From NCBI GenBank assembly GCA_951406725.2, contig OX597823.1, positions 50,096,001 to 50,160,000 of the forward strand: 64,000 nt of DNA, written 5' to 3'. Made by a program: the position numbers and the translations under genes. Within the stretch, counting starts at the first letter, position 1. Each line of letters starts with the position of its first letter. The DNA is from Octopus vulgaris (taxonomy: Eukaryota). Shown here piece after piece: positions 1-12,650 of the stretch. The notes below the pieces were generated by a model. It worked only from the letters and a program-made list of their open reading frames with translations, was not told the origin of the DNA and searched no databases.

Positions 1-1037
1 TTTCACTTTACAACCACATGTTTTTCAGTTTCAATTCCACTGTGTTCACTTCTAAATATTTTGTTATACTACAAGATAGTATAAATTCCCAGCTATTACT
101 AATCTCTGTGCTGTGTGTGAACTTGACAAAATATATTTAGTAATTTACCCTGCTCAAATTCAATTCCTTTTATAGAAAAAAAAACTGACCTGCAACACCA
201 GGATGTTCTTTTAAGAGAGAGAAGACTCACATTCACAAAAACTAGAGACAGTGACATTGCACCCAGTTTCCAGAAAACTGAGTTTGCAGCATAGCTTCAA
301 CCATAGGATGTATCATTTCTCATTCTTTTTTCTCCTCGTGTCTGCCAGTCTTAGCCAAGAGAAAAACTCAGAAGGATAGATTTCATCAAGATGTTTTGCA
401 CTTCAAGCAGTTTTAAATATACAAGTCACCAAGATCCAAGTGGCTAAAAAGTGTCAGTAGAAGAGTACTGTAATGGGAGAATCCTGAACATCCCCACATG
501 ACTGAAGGTGGACTAACCAATTAGGTTAGAGGTGAAGTTGACAGTGTTAGTTCAACCGTATTGGTTAATCATATTAGTTCAACATATGCTGGTTTAACAG
601 TCAGTAGTTGAACAGTGAATACTGAGTATCATACTTACGTTTGAGTAGTAAGGAGTGTTCTGTGTTAACATATATTTCTGCAGTAGGTTATTTTTATATA
701 ACCACAACCAAATATTTATTTGTGTAATACCATTTTACACCAGACATATATACTAACATCATAGCAGGTACCCTGGAGTCATGACCTAGCTGCAGCTTGG
801 CTCCCTTAGAATGTAAGAATTTAAGGGTCAAAACACTTGCCTGGGTGGGGTTTCTTCTCCAAGACCTGCTGTTCAGCTCTCTTGAGAGTTTCTTAACACA
901 AGAATATGGATCCTAATGGCTAAAGAGTCAGTTATTGTTAAAGTTCTAAACCTTTTGCTATCCTGTCACATGCTTGCAAAATAATAATTTTTTGTTACTC
1001 TTTTTTAAATTCCTGTATTCCATGCTGATGCCAAATA

Positions 1038-1340
1038 GAAAGCACCTGTGCTGGTTCCACATAATAAGCACCTGTGCTGGTTCCATAGAGAAAGCACCTG
1101 TGCTGGTTCCACAGAGAAAGCACCTGTGCTGGTACCACAGAGAAAGCACCTGTGTTGGTGCCATGTAAAAAGCATCCAGTACACTCTGTAAAACAGTTGG
1201 TGTTGGGAAGGGCATCCAGTTGTAGAAACCATGCCAAAACAGACAGTTGGAACCTGGTGTGACTCTCCAGCTTTCTAGCTTCTTTCAAACTGTCCAATCC
1301 ATGCCAGAATGGAAAATGGATGTTGAATGATGATAATGAT
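1038..1340 (+). mobile_element. RTE-tail-type repeat (family C) with an internal array of five ~26-bp units
   Basis: Five AAAGCACCTGTGCTGGTTCCACAGAG-like units, then GGAAGGGCATCCAG...CCATGCCAG..TGGAAA and a (GAT)n-like tail. Related copies at about 6670, 8840, 12651, 14490, 16430, 21550, 22705, 32683, 53200 and 63435. Confidence 0.7.
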
Positions 1341-1614
1341 AATGTACTGCAAATAATCATTAACTCCAACAGCCGCAAAAACTTGAACTGCACATAGCTG
1401 CAATTCAATTATTGAAGTTGTTGGGGGGCTGAAAAACAGAAATTAAGCACTCTTGTGCAACAAACAAATTTTAGCCTCACCCCAAGAAATCTTTTGACAA
1501 GAACTTCAATCTGTCTGCTCAAGGAGCAATTTGTTTTCTTTTCGTTTTATCAAGTGAATTTCTTCAAATATTTTTTCTTCTTTTAATTTGCAGTTAACAT
1601 CTCAAACAGTGAGT

Positions 1615-1616
<2 letters not shown>

Positions 1617-1646
<30 letters not shown>
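1617..1646. repeat. (TAA)n microsatellite
   Basis: Direct read; a longer (TAA)n run is at about 34597-34651. Confidence 0.95.
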
Positions 1647-1649
<3 letters not shown>

Positions 1650-1852
1650 AATTATTGTGTATAGTGCTCAGGTGCACTACAACTCATCAAAGATACATGT
1701 ACAATATATAGAATTATGTGCAAAAGCTAGGGAAGTGAACAGTGTATGAGTCATGATATACAGGATGCGTAAAGTATTTGAGGACATGCCTTTTTTGGGT
1801 CATTGCTGCATTTTTTGCTAACTCTGTATAATCTTTGTTTCAGAAAATAATA

Positions 1853-2820
1853 ATGGCAGACCCTCAGCTTACTCAAGAAATGAAGAGGCATGCTGTTATT
1901 GTGGTCATAATGGCTGAGCATGGCGATTTAGAAATATCTCGAATTTTAAAAGTTGTCAGATCTTTCGTCTACAAAGTTTGTAAAGAGCTAGAGACTGAAG
2001 ATGGAAACGTATAACCAATATCAAAGCATTAAAAGCATTCTAAACGCTCTGAAACCATCATAACACCTGAATTTATCCAACAAGTTCAACAGACCATCGA
2101 TTACAATCCCAGAAAGTCCATGAGGTCAATTGCAAATGATCTCCATGTGTCAGAAGGAACAGTCAAAATGTTGTTCACAAAGACACCAGATATAAGTCTT
2201 ATATGATGAGGAAAGGTCAATTTGTCAGAAAAAGCAGAAGAAGAATCACTTCATCAGATCTAAAAGGCTCTGAAACAAACTGAAAAATACAGCAGAAGAT
2301 TTGATTTGGTTTTTCTCGAATAAAAAAATTTTTGAACAAGATCAAAATGTTAACAGAAGAAATGACAGATGGTTATTCTGCAGTTCCAAGTGTTATGCAT
2401 ACAAAACTTCCTGCAACTGTCATGGTTTTAGAGGTTGTCAGCAATGTGGGACATGTGCCTTCTTACTTCTTTCCACAAGACCTTAGAGTTAACTCTGCCG
2501 CCTACATTGAGGTCCTGAAAATGATTAAGCTCTGGATAGACAGTGTATGCAATGGAGGGCCATATGTATTTCAGTAAGACTCTGCACTATCACACCATGG
2601 CTCTAGTAACACAGGAATGGATGGCTGAAAATTTTTATGATCACATAACCCCTAATATTTGGCCTCCTAATTGTCTAGATCTCAATCTATGGGACTATTA
2701 TATGTGGAATGCTGTTGAGAGGGAGGTCAATGAACATGTTCATAACATCAAAGATTCTTTGAAAGCTGCTGTGGTCAGAGTAATGTCCAAAATGAACCAG
2801 GGCCACTTGATTTGAGCATG
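1853..2820 (+). mobile_element. Degenerate Tc1/mariner-superfamily transposase, maT (DD37D) type
   Basis: Across stops and frameshifts: MKRHAVIV...SMRSIANDLHVSEGTV (HTH), FFSNKKIF, TKLPATVMV, YVFQ*DSALSH...WPPNCLDLNLWDYYMW. There are 37 residues between the second and third catalytic D after correcting one frameshift. Confidence 0.88.
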
Positions 2821-2829
2821 TACGTGTGT

Positions 2830-3040
2830 GCATGTGTACAGAGGTGGGGGTTATCAGGTGTAGTGTTGGTGAATTTCAGGAAGCATGAAGGTTTTAAAGG
2901 ATGCAATGTCTCAGCAGCTAATAACTGATGCAGGTAGTTTGTTCCATGCTTCAGCAACTCTGAGTGTGAAAAAATGTTTTTGAAAGTCATAGGAGCTATG
3001 CTGCTTTCTGACTTCATAGGCATGCCCATGTGAGTTAGAA
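2830..3040 (-). mobile_element. CR1-type LINE 3' fragment
   Basis: Minus-strand translation THGHAYEVRKQHSSYDFQKHFFTLRVAEAWNKLPASVISC*DIASFK matches the CR1 ORF2 C-terminal pattern TRGH...FFS.RV...WN.LP..VV....SFK. Confidence 0.75.
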
Positions 3041-3464
3041 TTCAGTAATATTATTTATTACTGAGGCAGCAAGCTGGCAGAATCATTAGCATTTCAGGCA
3101 AGATGCTTAGTGGCATTTCATCTGTCTTTGTGTTCTGAGTTCAAATTCTGCTAAGGTCAACATTGCCTTTCATTCTTTCAGTGTTGATGTAACTAACTTA
3201 ACTTCAGTGAAATTCCTGGCTTTGTGCCAAAATTTGAAATCAGTATCATTTATTAGTGTTATAATCATTAATAATTTAACTAGAGAGAAAGAAAGTTTAG
3301 ATTTGGAAAAACTAAAATGATGTCACCAGTACAAAGCAGTTATCTAAGAAATATTGAGATTTATTGATTTTGAACAGGAGTGGAGTTACCATACAGTTGA
3401 AATTGCATCAATGCTGTTAAAAAAAATGTAAGCATTAATCTACTAATCTATTTTAATTCATTAA

Positions 3465-4634
3465 TCTATTATTATAAAAGGCAGATTTTATCTGCCTCCC
3501 TTTGTCACTTATAGAAATCTACAATATAGGATTTCTTCAATTACAATTTACCTAGCATTTTTAAGAGTAGAATGCATCGGGTCATGCCAGGTTCAGTTTT
3601 TAAAATTTAAACTCCAATTAAGCAAAATTTACAGAAAACTCACATTCTGGTGTGTATGTCAAATGCTTTTCTTAGTCTGGTTTACAGGTAGACAATAGAA
3701 TGCGATGGCGATGTAATATTTGTTTCTGTCTATCACGCTGATAGATACATGAGTAAAATGTATGGCAAGCTAAGAGATAAGAGTGAGTGAAAATGTTCTT
3801 GGAAGAGAGTAAATAGCGACAGAGTGATTTGAGGAAGACTAAACTGAAAGTATGAAACAGTGTTTATGTATAAACAGACGACACTTATATATAGTTATGT
3901 ATGCATCCGTTTAACCCTTTCGTTACCAAACCGCCCGAATTTACCTATTCATATTTAAATGAGAATATCAGAGTAAATCTCTTTAGTACATTTGTGAAAA
4001 CACGTATTATACTTCGTAAACACTTCAAATACAGTTTTGTACAAAAATCGAAGTGTAATTTTAATTCCGTGAATTATGGAGATTTTTTTTCCGAAATTTG
4101 TTCCTATTGTGTTTTCAAAATTTGTAATTCTGACAAAAAATGGATACGAATTTCATTATATCAAGCAGCGAGTCAGAATTCGAAGGATTTTCTACTGAAG
4201 ACCTTCATAAATCTAACTCTATGACTGAAAAAAAAAAGCATCTTTATATAAGAGTGAAGTTGTGTGTCTGTCTCCTATGATTTAGATTCGTAACTACTCC
4301 CACATTTTGCGGTGCTGTTTAACCAAAAGCGGGTACCTTATAGTCGTGATTCATATCGAGCCCTTCTGGGTATTAGCGCGCGTCTACGATGAGTCTACGA
4401 TTTTAAAAAAATTTACCATCATATTTTTCCATTTTAATGCATTTTTTTCGCTTTTATATAAGGGAAGTAACTCTCTAAAAATATCTACAATGTGTCAACG
4501 ATTTAAAAAAAATTTACCTTAATTTTTTTTCAATTTTTAATGCATTTTTTTGCTATTTTTTGGCTATAACTCTCTAAAAATGCTTATATAGTTATTTCCC
4601 TTACAACCCGAGCAACGCCGGGCGATACTGCTAG
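3465..4634 (+). mobile_element. Composite non-autonomous Helitron
   Basis: 5' A|TCTATTATTATAAAAG at 3465 and a second 5' A|TCTTTATATAAGAG at 4241. The 3' GC hairpin CCCGAGCAACGCCGGG (4607-4622) is followed by CTAG|T at 4631-4635. Confidence 0.75.
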
Positions 4635-5599
4635 TCTATTTTAAATGTAGAGCCTTTGCATACTGGTGGTTTTATGAGGAGATTGTAATTATTGTAACAA
4701 GAGTAAATAACATTAATTTCTTGGGGCTTACAAAATGTTTGAGTGGAGGAAATGAAGGTCACCTATGCATAATCAGTCACTTATATTCAACATACCTGTG
4801 GGGGTCATGAAACTGACATGAAAATAGGTAAGAAATCAAAAAATAAAATAAATCTCAAACACAGAATAACTAAGAAAATCAGATAAAGACCCTTAGAAGA
4901 TGGGGAAAAAAAGTAGTCAGCAAGTTATTATATGGGATCAAACCCTGTACCTCCCAAATTCCAGTTGAGTGTTTTGTACCATAAGTTAAGAAGCCCGTGA
5001 CAACAGATACCATCCTTTAGAATGTGAGAACATTTTTATCAACAAACTTTGACTTGCCACCTGAATTAGTATTTTGCAGAAGAGAGAGGAAATCTTGAAT
5101 GTAGAACAGCTCAATTTTATGTAAAATACCATCTCACTTGACACTTTGAACATTGTATATAAAAAAAAATGATCTCACAGGTAAAAATCAAATGCACAAT
5201 GTACTCCAATTATCAAGATATCATATCGGCAAATATCATCCAAATCCATGCAATAGTTATATTTTTATGATTTCTATACTGCACTAACTGTATTTTCTGC
5301 AAAATCTCTAGTTTTTTTTTTTTTTAACAGGATTGGGAAATTTACATACACAGAAAGCACTACAGAAATCTAAGAATTAATAGGACTTACTTAACATTTG
5401 ATATTAATTTTTTTATTTACCCTATATGTTGGTGTTGTATCCCTAATGCCTGTCTTTATCTTATTGAATATTTCATGAACATTTAACATTTTACCCAATA
5501 TTTCACAGTAGATTTTGTCTTCACAGCTATTTTAAAATTATACTGAAACATAATTTAGATCATGGCTCATAGGTTGAAAATTGTTGGGTTAAAGTGTTA

Positions 5600-5865
5600 G
5601 ACTTTTTCCACTTATCACAGTATCGACCAGACCATCTGATGCTGTTATACACTGCTGGTCATAATGCACTTTCAGTTCTGTCTTCATTGCACTATTCTTT
5701 TCCATCATAACCCAAATTGCTTGACAAGATCATCTTACAATAGTTGCAGAGACCTTCCACGTAACCTTTTCTACTCTCTTGGATACTACTCAGCAACTGC
5801 ACAGATCCACCCGTTGTCTGTGAACTTTGCAACATGTCCAACCCAATGGAACTTGTGCTTTCAGT
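5600..5865 (-). mobile_element. RTE LINE 3' fragment
   Basis: Minus frame KHKFHWVGHVAKFTDNGWICAVAE*YPRE*KRLRGR resembles the RTE motif KW.WAGHVAR..D.RW......W.PR..KR.RGRP. Confidence 0.65.
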
Positions 5866-7876
5866 ACTCTGCAAGCCACTTATATTTTACTGATAACATG
5901 AAAATTTCAGTACATTAAATTAAAAATAAATTCCTTTTATCAAAAAAATATAATTGAGAAGAAATAGGATATCTCATAGATAGAGAGAATAACTGCTTTA
6001 GATTTGCTATTATTCAAGAAATACAGAAAAAGAAAAAATCTGAGAACCAGTTTTAATGCTATTAATTTTGATATCAAAATGTTTTAAATCTAAATGTATT
6101 TATATGGTAGAGTCTCACATATGTGATTCAGTGAATTGAAAATCTTTGATCAACAGAGATTAAATGCATTTATGTTTGTTGAAATATAGCAGTTTTATCA
6201 TTTAATATATGATGCATAAAGAGAATATTTCAACAGAATATTGTTATTGAATAATTTTAAGATATTTGAAAAATATATAGTTACATTTTATGTAAATAGA
6301 TCGTTATATTTCATGACTTTAAGTTAAATCATTTGTTCATTCATTTGCTTTGCATTTATTTTTTCCCTGCTAGCATAAGTTAGATAAATACATATTATTG
6401 ATATTTTTATAATTACTTGCAAATAAAAAGTATTTGTAAATTTTTACTGCTGGTGATTTTTCTTTTTTTTTTTTTTCATCTGTGAATGGTTTTAACTTCT
6501 ACTCTATATATAAACCCATTATTGCCACAGTCAGTTTAAACTAATTTTCACAATATACAGTAATGCTCAAGATAAAAATTGTCAGGAGAATTGATAAATA
6601 CAATATCATATTACTTGCAAATCATTCATAGCACTAAAAATATTTGAATACCTTTCCTTGAAAGATCACCATCATCATCATCATCATCATCATCATTTAA
6701 CGTCCATGTCTCATGCTGTCAAGGGTTGGAACAAGATCTGACAGATTCTAGGACTGCGCTGTCTCTACTTCAGTAGGCTTTCTACTATTGGATGCTCTTC
6801 CTAATACCAACCACTTTACAGCATGTACTTGGTGCATTTTACGTGTCAACTGCACTATTGAAGTTGCCATGCAGGTCACAGGACTACGAACCCAAGGGGA
6901 CTAAAGGTTGAGGGGACTATAAAACCCAGGGATTGGTTTTATGCTAGGGAATTAAACTATAATAAATGGGTGGTTAGAACAGCTTTTTGCAGAGGATCTG
7001 CATAGTTACTCACATTTTAGTAGAAGAGGGGAAAGCTAAAAACAAAATTATCAGACGCAAAGAATTAGAGAGTGGCAATAAGATATCCAGGTGACCCCCT
7101 CAAAGGACAATGTGAATAGAGGTAAGTGGATAAGTTATCAGTAATACTGTTTACAATTTAATATACATCATTAACATCATCTTACCATCTATTTTCCACA
7201 ATTAAATTGGTCAGATTAAAGTACATTGAAATACCATTTTCTATAGCCAGATGCCCTTACTATCATCAAAGCCAACTTATTTCAAAATGAGGTAATTATA
7301 TTCTCCTAGTCTATTAAACAACAACCTGGACATGGTTACATGGAAAACAGGAAACAAATGACACCTTATGACTGAGCCTTTTTCTTTACAAAACTCATGT
7401 AACATTTCATAACCTGTCAAGAAGCATAGTCATGATTTTTCAGAAGAACTGCAAGAAAATGACACAATCAGCAAGGCCACTGTTCACAACCATCAAGCAA
7501 ACAAGAAAGCAAGGGAAATACAAACTCACATGAGTACACACATATACACCATTGTTCTAATATCCACTTTTTCAATGCTTGCATGGATCAGACATAGTTT
7601 GTTGAGGCAAATTTTTCTAAAGCCAGATGCCCTTCCTGTCACAAACTTTCACCTATTTTCAAGCCAGGTAATATTTCTCTAAGGCACGTTTCCACAGAGT
7701 AGTGGAAATGAATGATGCTCTTTGTATGTCAGTAACTCTCACAATGCCAAGATATGAAAATACAATCACACACAGACACATGTATGTATGTAGCTCCTGT
7801 CTACCAAATTGATTCACAAGGTGTCGTAGTGTGACTGAACGCGGAACCATGTGGCTGGGAAACAAACTTCTCACCC

Positions 7877-7901
7877 ACATAACCATACCTACCTACACAC
7901 A

Positions 7902-7971
<70 letters not shown>

Positions 7972-7991
7972 ATATATACACACACACACAC
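7877..7991. repeat. Compound (CA)/(TA)/(TG) microsatellite
   Basis: Direct read. Similar TA/TG arrays occur at about 17090, 23341, 31260, 33445, 38610, 39960, 54505 and 56712. Confidence 0.9.
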
Positions 7992-8580
7992 AAAAGGATT
8001 TAGTTTCCAACAACCATATCTACTCACAAAGTTTTGGACAGCTTGGGGCTGTGGCAGAAGACACTTGTCCAAGTACTATGCAGTGTGATTGAACTAAAAC
8101 CAGGTGGTTGGGGAATAAACTCAACTGTATAGCTATATCTGTCCGCTACACAGCCATTCCTGCATTCTAGCCAGCCCTCTTAGTGTTAATATAATACAAG
8201 TCTTCTAATAAACTTTCTCTCCTCATAATGGGTCAAATACAGAAGACCTATGATATAGCTGCAGTTATTATTGCAAAAATAACTGTATCAGGGAAAGTGG
8301 GACTATGCTGAATAATATTTCAATAAGTTTCTACTGACTTCTCTCTTTCTAATTAATGAACTATGATCAACATGATCAATAATGACTTCCTTCCAGTGAA
8401 ATGCTTTGATTATATAGCTTTTCTAGCTCTCCAGCCTCTGCAATATAACAAACAGATACTGATGTCCATTTTTTCATTAAGCTATACTGAAGAGGCCCAT
8501 CCACAATGAAACAGAAGCTATAAGTAGCTTACAGTTGAAGCAAAAGAAAAAAATAAATAAAAGCATAAAAATAATTTCTT

Positions 8581-8790
8581 CTATCTTTTACTGGTTTCAG
8601 TCATTCGACTGTGGCCATGCTGGGGCACCACTTTGAAGAATTATTAGTTGAATGAATCAATCCCAGTACTTCGGGGTTTTTTTTAAGACTGGTACTTCTT
8701 CCATTGGTCTCCTTTGTTGAACCGCTAAGTTACAAGGACGTAAAACACACCAACAGTGGTTGTCAAGCAGTGATGGAGGAACAAAACACA
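8581..8790 (-). mobile_element. SINE family A, 3' half
   Basis: Matches the tail half of the complete copy at 16688-17083. Confidence 0.75.
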
Positions 8791-9959
8791 GATATACATA
8801 TAAATATATGTATTCAATAACAAATTAAAAGCAGCACTAGTGGTGTAAACATGCTTGTGCTACATAAAAAGCACTGGTATTGGCACCACATAGAAAACAC
8901 CCAGTTCACTGAAAAGTATTTGGTGTTAGGAAGGACATCCAGCCATTGAAACTATGGTAAAACAGGCAATTAGAGCCTGATACAGCCCTCTGGCTTGTCA
9001 GCTAGTCAAACTGTCCAACCCATGCCAGCATGGAAATCAGACATCAAATAATGATGATAATGATGGCTGGGTATTCCACAGATATGTATAACCTTAATGG
9101 AATATTCAAGTAGAATTAGTGAGTGACAAGGCTGAACGTTCGGATTACATGTACAAACCAACTGACAGGTTTCTATCTATACATGTAACATAAAAGTTGT
9201 GACCACCTGAAGCTATAGTTAAAGAACATGCCTAAGATACCATGCAGTGCAATCAAATCTGAAACCTCATGGTTGAAAAGTAAACATCTTAATCATTCAG
9301 ACAAATAAGTGTGTGTATGTGTATATGATAAATAAGTGTGTGTATGTATATAGGCATGGGATAAATAAATTGATGCAGCAAACAACAATACCAGATATTC
9401 TGTTGTGCCACAGTTGCATTCTTTTGCACTCAAGTTGTTCTCCCTTCCTTACAAGGTTGATAGAATAATTACCAGACAAAGAATATGAATCAATATAATT
9501 AATTGGAACCCTTGAAAGTGGTGCCCCCCCACAATGGCATCAATCTAATAACTGAAAGCAATAAAAAGAAGAATAATTGTTTTTTTATCCATTTATACTG
9601 AAATGGACAAAAGAAGTTAAAAAAACCAATGATGATGCTGGTTTTAATTTCAATTAAGTGTCTTTGCAATCACATCAGAATACTAGATCAGACTGTGAGG
9701 CCTATTTACTCTAGAATGTTTTTGGGTTATTGACCCATCTTTTGTGGTTGAAGAACAGAAAAGCAAAATTTAAAAGACCCATGATATTATGATCAATAAG
9801 AATTTTTAGATATGTCTGATTAAAACATAATATTAAATATTTTTCTTAAATAATAATTTACATACCTTATTGAAAAATAAAAATAAAAAGGAAAATTTAT
9901 TTTTCAAATGCCTACTCAAAACATATAGAATAAAATCAAAGTAGAACATGAAAGCTTAC

Positions 9960-10872
9960 CAAGATATAATGGAGCTTTTTCTTTGGTCACGTGATCATCA
10001 ACATATGTAGTTCCAAGAGTAAGTATTGGTGTTCCTCCAGTACCAATGAGCACTTGCGATATTATTAATATTAAGACATATTTCCAGTTCCCAGAGTTTT
10101 TATCAATACAGCGGTTACCAGCTCCACCTGCAACTGATCGGCAGATGTTTTCTTTGGTACTGTTAATGATCTTGTCTTTTAAAGTATATTTTTCAGCTAT
10201 GATATGAGGCATTGAGAAAAAAATAGCTCCAAATCCCATGAACACAACTCCAACACCAATCCATTTTGGAATGTGTCTTCGACTGCCAAGGTAGCTGACA
10301 AAAATCACTGCCACAAGAGACCCGAATTCATAAGAAGCAGCAATTAGTCCTGAAATTGAACTTCCAATTTCAAATCGTTTCTCAATAGTTGTTATAACAC
10401 TGTTCAAATAACCTGTCGATAAAGAGCCAGTTACAACTAACAATAGGCACATAAAGAAGACAAAAGATCTAATATTTGCACAAACATTGAGGCATTCGGG
10501 CCGAAATCCTCCCAAACCACATTCTCTCTCATCATCGTCACCAATACTGGCTGCATTCACAGCACAACGTACATATTCATCTTTCTCAGTCCGACCTTTA
10601 AGAAATGGCACATTGCTACTAATGGAGTATCCACTGGTTGAGGTATCAAGGCTAGAGGGAGATAACAGTTTCATTCCTTTTGACAAGGATCTTTTCTGAG
10701 AATTCTTCTTTTTGCAAGTCTCCTGATTCTGTGCTGTGCTGTCGGCAGCCGACATGGCATACAGTACAGCTGAGTTGGTCCCGGACTCATCATAAGGATC
10801 ATCACAGTACTCCAAAGTGGTATTAGATGATGCAGACATGGATACTTCCATGCAATCATAGTTGTCACTCAT
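9960..10872 (-). CDS. SLCO5A1: First coding exon (304 codons + 1 nt) of a solute carrier organic anion transporter (OATP/SLCO), SLCO5A1/Oatp30B-like; the gene continues beyond the left edge of the window
   Basis: Translation has OATP N-terminal hallmarks (CGLGGFRPECL, GYLNSVITTIEKRFEI, SGLIAASYEFG, VSYLGSRRHIPKWIG, LGTTYVDDHV..EKAPLYLG). An in-frame TAA lies 6 codons upstream of the ATG. A phase-1 donor CTTG|GTAAGC is at 9960/9959. The family call is secure; the subfamily symbol is from recalled similarity only. Confidence 0.9.
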
Positions 10873-10991
10873 ATTGAGCAGAGCACATTACAAAGATGTT
10901 AAGAGGTATTCAACAAAAATGGCAGCTGCTGGCAAAGACTGTTGATATATTCCAGAGGACTTCTTTTGACATTCTGACCACAGCAACACAC
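10873..10991 (-). other. 5' UTR part of the SLCO exon, with splice acceptor at 10992-10993
   Basis: Minus strand reads atttctgttcctctaatttcAG|gtgtgttg, a pyrimidine tract plus CAG. This implies a further upstream non-coding exon at higher coordinates. Confidence 0.7.
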
Positions 10992-11674
10992 CTGAAATTA
11001 GAGGAACAGAAATATGGATTTCAGAATTTCACCATTTGCCACATGTCAAAATATATTAAATTAAAACATCTTCAGTAGGAGATTAGTCAACACAAATCAG
11101 AAGTAATTTCAGTGCCAGTACATAGACAAATTGTTTATTAATTTGCATATCATATAGCTGTTAATCATTACAAGACAACCATAAAACTTGCAGCAGATAT
11201 CAGAGAGCTAATTGACAAGTAAAAAATGAGAGTTGAAAGTAAGAACGAGCAGTGACTGAAAGACTGTGCAATGTACAAGAGATGGGACAAAATAGTTGAG
11301 AGACATGGCTGAGAATGAAAAACATTGATGTTGCTTAGACATTTTAGGAAAAAGGAGAAAATCAACAGCAAATACATATACATACACATGTATATAACAT
11401 TAATTGTGTTATGCTAGCATGAATCATATAAATAGATAAACCTCTCTTTGCATATACACACACACAAACAAAATGTGCTACCATTGAAATGGTAGCACAT
11501 ATACCAGTCTTTGTTTCAATACTTACTTTGCATACGTTATCACCAAGAATCTCAACTTGTATGTATGATTTTTCTCATTTAAAATAAAACTACAACTATA
11601 CATTCGATTACTGGAATATGCAGATGTGTTTCACGATAACACATCTTGGATTAAAATAAATATACATATACATA

Positions 11675-11903
11675 TTTCTTTACTACCCACAAGGGGCTAA
11701 ACATAGAGAGGACAAACAAGGACGGACAAAGGGATTAAGTCGATTACATTGACCCCAGTGTGTAACTGGTACTTAATTTATCGACCCCGAAAGGATGAAA
11801 GGTAAAGTCGACTTCGGCGGAATTTGAACTCAGAATGTAAGGGCAGACGAAATACAGCTACGCATTTCACCCGGCGTGCTAACATTTCTGCCAGCTCGCC
11901 ACC
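11675..11903 (-). mobile_element. tRNA-derived SINE family B
   Basis: Head GGCGAGCTGGCAGAA..TTAGC, B-box GAGTTCAAATTCC and core CCTTTCATCCTTTCGGGGTCGATAAATTAAGTACCAG. Near-identical copies at 21069-21297 (-) and 48877-49105 (+). Older copies at about 3063, 17155, 27787, 43252, 46430, 46620, 52385, 55855, 56055, 59090 and 60110. Confidence 0.85.
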
Positions 11904-11917
11904 CTTATACATATATA

Positions 11918-12292
11918 GGCACAGGCATAGCTGTGTGGTAAGACATTTGCTTCCCAACCACATGTTTCCAGGTTCAGTCCATTTGCATGGCACCATGGGT
12001 GTCTTCTCCTATAGCCTTGGGCCAACCAAAGCTTTGAGTGGATTTGCAGATGGAAACTGAAAGAAGCCCGTTATGTGTATGTGTATGTGCATGTATATTT
12101 GTATGTCCCCCATCACCCCCACTTGACAGCTGATGGTTGTATTTATGTCCTCATAACTTAGCAGTTCAGCAAAAGAAACAAATAGAATACCAAACTTTAA
12201 AAAAGTACTGGAGGCCTTTCATTCTGCTAAAATAATTCAAGATGTTGCCCCAGCATGGTCAGAGTCTGATGATTAAAACAGGTAAAAGAGAA
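11918..12292 (+). mobile_element. tRNA-derived SINE family A (CORE-like)
   Basis: A-box TAGCTGTGTGGTAAG, B-box-like GGTTCAGTCC, internal TG/TA microsatellite and a GTAAAAGAG tail. Confidence 0.8.
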
Positions 12293-12650
12293 AAGATATA
12301 TATCTTTTATATATAATGAGCTGTACTTGCCTATGAAGTGATTTGATATGATGCCTTGTGTTAAAACTGAAGCAATTATATCGTGGAAGAGCCACTTTAG
12401 TTGAGAGAAAAAGAAAAAGAAACATTTGCGTTCCGTTTATTTCTTTGAAAATAATATAAAGCAAATATAAAAGATTTTGTAGATTTTTAGATATCTAAAA
12501 TGATCTTTCGACAATGTAAAAAAAAAAAAAAAAAAAAAAAAACTGCTGTAAACAAAGGCACTGATTTTAAATGATTGAGCTGTGAGTAAATGAATAAACC
12601 CTAACAGAGAACCAATATCAACAGGAACCAAATAATTCATGGCATTAATC

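Noticed and set aside
1038-1175. CRISPR-like regularly spaced repeats
   Set aside because: The units are contiguous with no unique spacers, there are no cas genes, and the array lies inside a eukaryotic retroposon.
8479-8531. Hammerhead-like CTGAAGA...GAAAC with AAGCTA/TAGCTT flanks
   Set aside because: No stem II pairing and no valid stem III or NUH site.
9916-9959. C-terminal 13 residues of the 318-aa ORF (KLSCSTLILFYMF)
   Set aside because: Read-through into the intron beyond the GTAAGC donor; OATP similarity stops at LYLG.
1-9959. Next SLCO coding exon
   Set aside because: I found no minus-strand segment encoding the expected G-P-x-x-G-F/Y helix; the possible donor near 230 has no OATP-like frame. 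The exon is probably outside the window, though a short one could have been missed by eye.
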